A stretch of 64,000 nucleotides of DNA, from the NCBI GenBank assembly GCA_030612885.1, contig JAUWMZ010000003.1, positions 69,578 through 133,577 of the forward strand. The letters run 5' to 3'. This document shows positions 59,507-64,000 of the stretch, one piece after another. Every line of letters begins with the position of its first letter. Position 1 is the stretch's first letter. The translations under genes were made by a program, and so were the position numbers. The notes under the pieces are model-generated. The model was not told the origin of the DNA. It made no database searches and was given only the letters and a program-made list of their open reading frames with translations. This stretch comes from Candidatus Nealsonbacteria bacterium. Lineage in GTDB: Bacteria; Patescibacteriota; Minisyncoccia; Minisyncoccales; JAGMDC01.

Positions 59507-60074
59507 ATTTTTCCAATTCTTTTTTTAGCCAAACAATTGCTTTTTTAACATAATATTCCTTGTCCTGCTCAACTTTTTTGAGAATTTTCTTAATATTTTT
59601 TTTGAGGTTTTTATCCTTCTTAAAGTTTATCAACAAAACCAACCCGAACCGTCTCTGCCAAAAATTTTTAGATAAAACTAATTTTTTAGATAATTCAAAA
59701 ATTTCTTTTTGTTTAATTTTAGTGATTTTTCTTATTCCTTGGGTAGCTAAAGTATCACAAACTGCCCAGTCAGAAATATCCTTGCTAAATTTTTTAATTA
59801 ACTTTAGTGTTTTTTCTGCATCTTTTTTGCAAATTCTGCCTAAAATTTTTGTTGCTAATAATCTTTCTTCAAAAACTCCACTTTTCCATAACTTTTCAAC
59901 CAAATCAAAATCCGGCTCTTTAATCCTTTTAGCAATATCATTCAACGTTGGAACCTTCACTCCATAAATTCTTTGAGATGAAGGCACAAATTTTTGATAA
60001 TTTTCTTTTACTTTTTCCTTTATTTCCCTTTTGAATATTTTCCGAATTTCCAAAATTTCCATAAGCAAGTACAT
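59493..60074 (-). CDS. DNA alkylation repair protein (AlkD/AlkC-like HEAT-repeat family)
   Basis: VPTLNDIAKRI...EERLLATKILG...ISDWAVCDTLA...FWQRRFGLVLL. The start is trimmed to 60074 or 60062 because the listed N-terminus (to 60131) is read through REP copy C. Confidence 0.75.
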   Translation of the reverse strand: MYLLMEILEIRKIFKREIKEKVKENYQKFVPSSQRIYGVKVPTLNDIAKRIKEPDFDLVEKLWKSGVFEERLLATKILGRICKKDAEKTLKLIKKFSKDISDWAVCDTLATQGIRKITKIKQKEIFELSKKLVLSKNFWQRRFGLVLLINFKKDKNLKKNIKKILKKVEQDKEYYVKKAIVWLKKELEKYGDN

Positions 60075-60085
60075 TGGATGAAGCT

Positions 60086-60116
60086 GGGCGAAGACGGACT
60101 TCGCCCAAATTTGGGC
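60086..60116. repeat. REP-like GC hairpin, copy C (GGGCGAAG-ACGGA-CTTCGCCC plus AAATTTGGGC)
   Basis: 3' flank of the RAYT-like gene. Its loop is in the opposite orientation to copy E on the 5' flank. Confidence 0.9.
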
Positions 60117-60155
60117 AAAATCCGCCCTCACTTTTTTATCTATTTTTTTATTCTT

Positions 60156-60899
60156 TTACTCTAAAACAAAATTGGAAAATTTTTTTATTTCTCCTTTGTA
60201 TTTTACCCAATTTTCAATAAAATCTTTACATCCCTGTTCTCCTCCCATTGCTTTTAGCATGGAGTTCCTTTCGGTCACTGAAGGAAAATTCTTTTTTCCG
60301 AGATAATCAGAATAACTAGACCATTTATAATTTTTTAAAAACTCAATTACTTTTTCCATATTCTTTATACCTATTTCTTTCCATTTTGGCTCTATAAGAG
60401 ATATAGGATTAGTATGGATATAGACAAATACAATTTTTAATTGTCTATCGGTTTTGATATGAATTGTCTTAAATCGTCCTTGAAAAAGGTAGCCCTTCCG
60501 ATTATATTTTTTATTGAAATAATTAGCATATCCTGTACCGAACTTTCTCATAAATTTAGTGATTCCTTCATCTTTAGTTTGTTTAATTAATAAATGGATA
60601 TGATTCGGCATAAAACAAAAAGTAAAGATTTCTACTAATAAATCTCTTTTGTCAGGAATATTAACTGAAATAGGCGAAGACGGACTTCGCCCGGCTTGTT
60701 CTCTGGATAATTTTTTTATGGTTTGAATCTCACGACGTCTTTTACCAATATTTACTGAATTAATATTATTAAATTCATAAAGAGAAAAAATGCCTCTATA
60801 GTAATCGTTAATGTCTTTGAAAATTAAGGAATCGCCAACTCCTCTGAGCACAATATGATAGATTTCGTTATTTATTAATTCTTGTTGTCTAATGGGCAT
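60156..60899 (-). mobile_element. IS200/IS605-family Y1 HUH transposase homologue of the REP-associated (RAYT-like) type
   Basis: HUH motif FMPNHIHLLIK, GYLFQGRFK, catalytic-Tyr motif VYIHTNPIS, KWSSYSDYLG. There is no TnpB partner, and it is flanked by inverted REP-like hairpins. Confidence 0.8.
60672..60692. repeat. REP-like GC hairpin, copy D, in frame inside the RAYT-like gene
   Basis: AGGCGAAG-ACGGA-CTTCGCCC encodes (E)QAGRSPSSP on the minus strand. Confidence 0.85.
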
Positions 60900-60908
60900 A
60901 ATTTAGCC

Positions 60909-60952
60909 GGGCGAAGTCCGTCTTCGCCTGATTTTATCTTCGCCTGATTTTA
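60909..60952. repeat. REP-like GC hairpin, copy E, followed by a 16-bp perfect tandem duplication of its 3' half
   Basis: GGGCGAAG-TCCGT-CTTCGCC, then TCTTCGCCTGATTTTA twice (60921-60936 and 60937-60952). Confidence 0.9.
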
Positions 60953-61374
60953 CTTAAATCCCCGTAAAGAACAATGGGACTCATAGCCTCTATTTCTTCC
61001 TTATAATTTATGCCAGGAATGGGATTTAATAAAAATATCTTTTTACCTAAAACATAAGCAAATCCCATTTCTAAAAAAGTATTGCCTCCAATATAATTTT
61101 TGATGTCATTTTTATCAAAATTCAAAACTAAAACTGCATCACTATTCTTTATTCTTTCTATATGTTCATCAATCAATGATTTCTTGAGTTTCAATAAATC
61201 TTCTGTGAGATCGTTTTTTCTCATTGCGTGAAAATCCTTCATAGATACAGTATCACCCTTCACTCCAATTTCTGGTGACCAGATAAAAACAAGATGGTTT
61301 TTTCTTTCTAATTCTTTCTTGATTTCATAACATTCTTTTGTAAAAAATGCTGATGAACAAATTGTTATTTTCAT
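60934..61374 (-). CDS. Nucleoside 2-deoxyribosyltransferase-like protein
   Basis: Start at 61374 (MKITICSSAFF...). Contains SDAVLVLNFDKNDIKNYIGGNTFLEMGFAYVLGKKIFLL. The last codons (KIRRR*) are read from the duplicated REP half-site. Confidence 0.5.
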   Translation of the reverse strand: MKITICSSAFFTKECYEIKKELERKNHLVFIWSPEIGVKGDTVSMKDFHAMRKNDLTEDLLKLKKSLIDEHIERIKNSDAVLVLNFDKNDIKNYIGGNTFLEMGFAYVLGKKIFLLNPIPGINYKEEIEAMSPIVLYGDLSKIRRR

Positions 61375-61384
61375 AATTAAAGAT

Positions 61385-61972
61385 TTAAACTTCCTTTTTA
61401 TAGCCGATTTCAGGAAACATTTCAACTATTGTTTCCAAGGGAATACCTCCTAAAAGATTGTAATAACTTCCTTCTATTCTTTTAACAAATGACGAACTGG
61501 AATGCCTTAAAGGGTCATAACCCAAAGCAAAGGTATTGAAACGAGGATCTTCGTCAAGATATTTCTCAATTTCTTTATCTGAAAGTTTTCTCATAAATAC
61601 CTCTGTTTTGACAACTTTTGAAACTACTTTATCCAAAGATGTATTAATCATATAAATTCCTGTATAAAATTGATGGTTATTTCCTGAAAGAGATTGTAGT
61701 CGCTGAAATTCCTCTTCTTTTGATTTTGGCTTTTCCAGAATTTGATTATTAAAATACCCGACTGAATCCATCCCAATTACAATAGCATCAGAATAATTTT
61801 TGGCAACTGCTTCAGCTTTTAATTTTGATAGTGTTTTAACTAATTCTTCGGGATTATTTCTCTCTACTTGAGATTCATTAACATTACTCCCTTCTATTTC
61901 AAAATCAATTCCTAAACATCCAAATGCTTCTTTGCGATAAGGAGAGGTTGTAGCTAAAATTATTTTAGTCAT
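61385..61972 (-). CDS. maf: Maf-like nucleoside triphosphate pyrophosphatase
   Basis: IILATTSPYRKEAF..., VIGMDSV, GAFALGYDPL-type motifs. Confidence 0.8.
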   Translation of the reverse strand: MTKIILATTSPYRKEAFGCLGIDFEIEGSNVNESQVERNNPEELVKTLSKLKAEAVAKNYSDAIVIGMDSVGYFNNQILEKPKSKEEEFQRLQSLSGNNHQFYTGIYMINTSLDKVVSKVVKTEVFMRKLSDKEIEKYLDEDPRFNTFALGYDPLRHSSSSFVKRIEGSYYNLLGGIPLETIVEMFPEIGYKKEV

Positions 61973-61992
61973 AAAAATAAATTGGTGAGATT

Positions 61993-62010
61993 GGGCGAAG
62001 TCCGTCTTCG
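61993..62010. repeat. REP-like GC hairpin, copy F (3' truncated)
   Basis: GGGCGAAG-TCCGT-CTTCG then diverges. It is intergenic. Confidence 0.75.
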
Positions 62011-62020
62011 TATATTTATT

Positions 62021-63070
62021 TTATCTAAAATTTTTCAGGAGAGTGATGAATTTTTGAAGAATTGTTCCTATTTTTTCGGTTAAAGTTTTTATCTCAAAGT
62101 GAATCAGTAAAAGAATGCCTAATCCAGCCATAATTAAACTAAAACATCTTACTATCAAACTAAAAGCAATCCCTGTATTTAAATTTAAACCAAAAATATC
62201 AAAAATCAATGCCTGGCTCCATTCAAAACTTCCTAAGGCAGCTGGAATAGGTATAAAATAAACCAAATCTATTAAAGCATTTATTGAAATAATCTCTCCA
62301 ATGCCCAATTTATCGCCTAAAAATAATATTATCAGCCAATAAGATAAAATTAAAAGTAAAATCTCGAGCAGGGTTAAAAAAGAAACTATTATTAATTTAG
62401 CTTTTTGATGTTTGAAAAAATAAAAAATTTCTGTTTCAATGTCAGCAATCTTTGTTTTCACTCCATTTATTAGACCTAGTCTATCTAAACGGAGGAACTC
62501 AATAAAGAATGTGAAAAATCCCTTTTTATCCGGAGATTTTCTAATTATGCGGGAATAAAAAAGACAAAATATAAGGAAGCAAAAAAAAGTTATTCCAGAA
62601 ATTATAATTTCAAAAATAAAAGGTAAATTAAAAGAAAGAAATAAAAACAATACCCCTAAAACAATAAAGAAAAATAATATACTTAGAAAAACAGCTTCGC
62701 TTATAATAATGGAAATAATAATTTTATCTAAAGAGGCCTTTGTTCTTTCTTTAATAATATATGCTTTAAACGGCTGGCCTCCGGCAAAAATAATCGGAGT
62801 CAAATAATTAATAGCAAAACCAACAGTTCGAGCTATTAAAACATCTAAAAAGGAAATTTTTTCAGATAATTGAGTTTTTAATATAATTTTTAGCCGCAGA
62901 GTCCCAGCTAAAAAACTAAAGACAATAACTCCAAACACAAAAAAGAACTGTGTTATTGAAATATTGGAAAGAGCAGAAACTATATTTTCAAGCCCTATTT
63001 TTTTAAAGGCAATAAAAAAAAGGATTAAACCTATTAATAAAGATAAAGAGAAAAATATAATCTTTCTCAT
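62021..63070 (-). CDS. Polytopic membrane protein, lysylphosphatidylglycerol-synthase-TM-region/flippase-like (UPF0104)
   Basis: 349 aa and about 8 TM helices, with the N-terminal pattern typical of UPF0104. Confidence 0.5.
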   Translation of the reverse strand: MRKIIFFSLSLLIGLILFFIAFKKIGLENIVSALSNISITQFFFVFGVIVFSFLAGTLRLKIILKTQLSEKISFLDVLIARTVGFAINYLTPIIFAGGQPFKAYIIKERTKASLDKIIISIIISEAVFLSILFFFIVLGVLFLFLSFNLPFIFEIIISGITFFCFLIFCLFYSRIIRKSPDKKGFFTFFIEFLRLDRLGLINGVKTKIADIETEIFYFFKHQKAKLIIVSFLTLLEILLLILSYWLIILFLGDKLGIGEIISINALIDLVYFIPIPAALGSFEWSQALIFDIFGLNLNTGIAFSLIVRCFSLIMAGLGILLLIHFEIKTLTEKIGTILQKFITLLKNFR

Positions 63071-63084
63071 AAAGCTAAGAGAGT

Positions 63085-63972
63085 TTATTCAAAAAATATT
63101 TTCTTGATTTTATTCTGATAAACTTTTATTCTATTCTCGTAAATCACATTCGGTAAAAGCAACCCTTCCATAAATCTGTCTTTGATTTTCTCTTTTCCAA
63201 GCTGCCTGATTAATTTAAACGGAAGCCACCAAAATATTAAAAGTAATAAAGCAGAATAAAAAAACCACAGTTGAGCATTTGAATAATATTTCAATATTAT
63301 TATTTCAAACAATAATAAAGCAATAATTAAAAAAATAAACAGTAATAAATAACTTCTTTTCTTGCCGATTTTAATCACAGTTGTCTTTGTATTGCCTAAA
63401 TCTTCTTCATAATCCATTATTTGATGCGCTAAAAGAACATTGGCGCTCAATATAGTGAACAAAAATGAAATTGCCAATAAAGGCATACTAATCATTTCTT
63501 GAGACAGGAACACTCCGGTTAAAAAAAGAAAAGGGCCGAATACAACGCCATGGCTTACTATATCAACAATATTTCTTTCTTTAAGACGGATATAAGACAT
63601 TGAATAAAGAGTAGCGCCAAAAATAGATAATAAAACAAAAATAAATCCAATAAAATTCATAAATAAGGATAAAGAAATAGGAATGAGCAATAATATTCCT
63701 GAAAGAGTTAAAACACCTTTCTTGGTCACAAGTCCTTGAGCCAATGGATTGCTTTTTGAATTGATTTTCTTTGAATTTTTCTTATCTATTTCTACGTCAA
63801 AATAATTATTTATTACAAAAGCATAAGAAACAGTGCAGAAAGAAATAACAGCAATGAGAACAAAATTATTTAAAGAAACATTGGTTAATATTGCTCCAGC
63901 AAGCGGAATCCAGAAAAAAAATTTAACCGTATCTTTAATTCTTAACATTTTAAAATAGTTGGAGTTTTTCAT
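63085..63972 (-). CDS. UbiA-family prenyltransferase
   Basis: Asp-rich motif NNYFDVEIDKKN (NxxxDxxxD) and a second motif HQIMDYEED. Nine TM helices. Confidence 0.8.
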   Translation of the reverse strand: MKNSNYFKMLRIKDTVKFFFWIPLAGAILTNVSLNNFVLIAVISFCTVSYAFVINNYFDVEIDKKNSKKINSKSNPLAQGLVTKKGVLTLSGILLLIPISLSLFMNFIGFIFVLLSIFGATLYSMSYIRLKERNIVDIVSHGVVFGPFLFLTGVFLSQEMISMPLLAISFLFTILSANVLLAHQIMDYEEDLGNTKTTVIKIGKKRSYLLLFIFLIIALLLFEIIILKYYSNAQLWFFYSALLLLIFWWLPFKLIRQLGKEKIKDRFMEGLLLPNVIYENRIKVYQNKIKKIFFE

Positions 63973-64000
63973 TTTTGATTTAAAATTTGTGATTTATAGC

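Noticed and set aside
60075-60131. N-terminal extension MRADFAQIWAKSVFAQLHP of the alkylation-repair protein
   Set aside because: It is encoded entirely by REP copy C and its palindromic tail. The conserved family sequence starts at the downstream Met.
61375-61425. N-terminal extension of the deoxyribosyltransferase-like ORF
   Set aside because: It overlaps the end of maf. The internal Met at 61374 (MKITICSS) gives a non-overlapping, family-typical start.
1-64000. CRISPR arrays, rRNA genes, alternative genetic code (UGA recoding)
   Set aside because: No array of three or more regularly spaced repeats was seen; the tandem repeats found have only two units. No rRNA-like conserved stretches were seen. 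TGA terminates several well-defined genes (for example at 31332-31334 and 9453-9455) and ORF lengths are normal under code 11.

Overview
Visibly AT-rich bacterial DNA using the standard genetic code (TGA is used as a stop). The gene content and style fit a Candidate Phyla Radiation / Patescibacteria (Parcubacteria-like) genome: short, tightly packed genes, a gamma-length DnaX, an AspRS without the GAD insertion, and many small membrane proteins. Layout: (i) 1-3.0 kb holds cysK (partial), tRNA-Cys, a GtrA-like protein, dnaX and tRNA-Gln. (ii) About 3.0-25.5 kb is an almost entirely + strand accessory mosaic. It contains a truncated NUDIX paralogue, a truncated greA, a wHTH-GHKL-STAS fusion, and an R-M locus (RadC/JAB-MTase fusion, a second Dam-like MTase, a nuclease). 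It also holds a GIY-YIG/DUF4357 protein, several unknown, HEPN-like or PD-(D/E)xK-like genes, a thermonuclease, an ATP-cone nuclease, a membrane nucleotidyltransferase and a G+C-richer radical-SAM pair. (iii) 25.5-64 kb is mostly core: NUDIX, rarA, a UvrD-type helicase-nuclease, mscS, efp, an AMMECR1/LigB-like/radical-SAM triad, thpR and a mur/dcw cluster (murC ... dacB-like, mraY, murD, ftsW, murG). Also present are aspS, gltX, xerC-like, uppS, rpmA, pyrG, rplI, ctp, maf and a UbiA prenyltransferase. The most unusual items are three. First, an intact archaeal-type TFB/TFIIB gene in a G+C-rich patch between bacterial genes. Second, an IS200/RAYT-like HUH transposase flanked by inverted copies of a 21-nt GC-rich hairpin that is dispersed through the window, including inside coding regions. 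Third, a dcw-cluster ORF carrying six in-frame GC-rich palindromic insertions. Promoter, terminator and leader modules are also duplicated between loci, and many genes look leaderless. No rRNA genes or CRISPR arrays were seen. All calls come from reading the sequence and recalling motifs; no searches were run.
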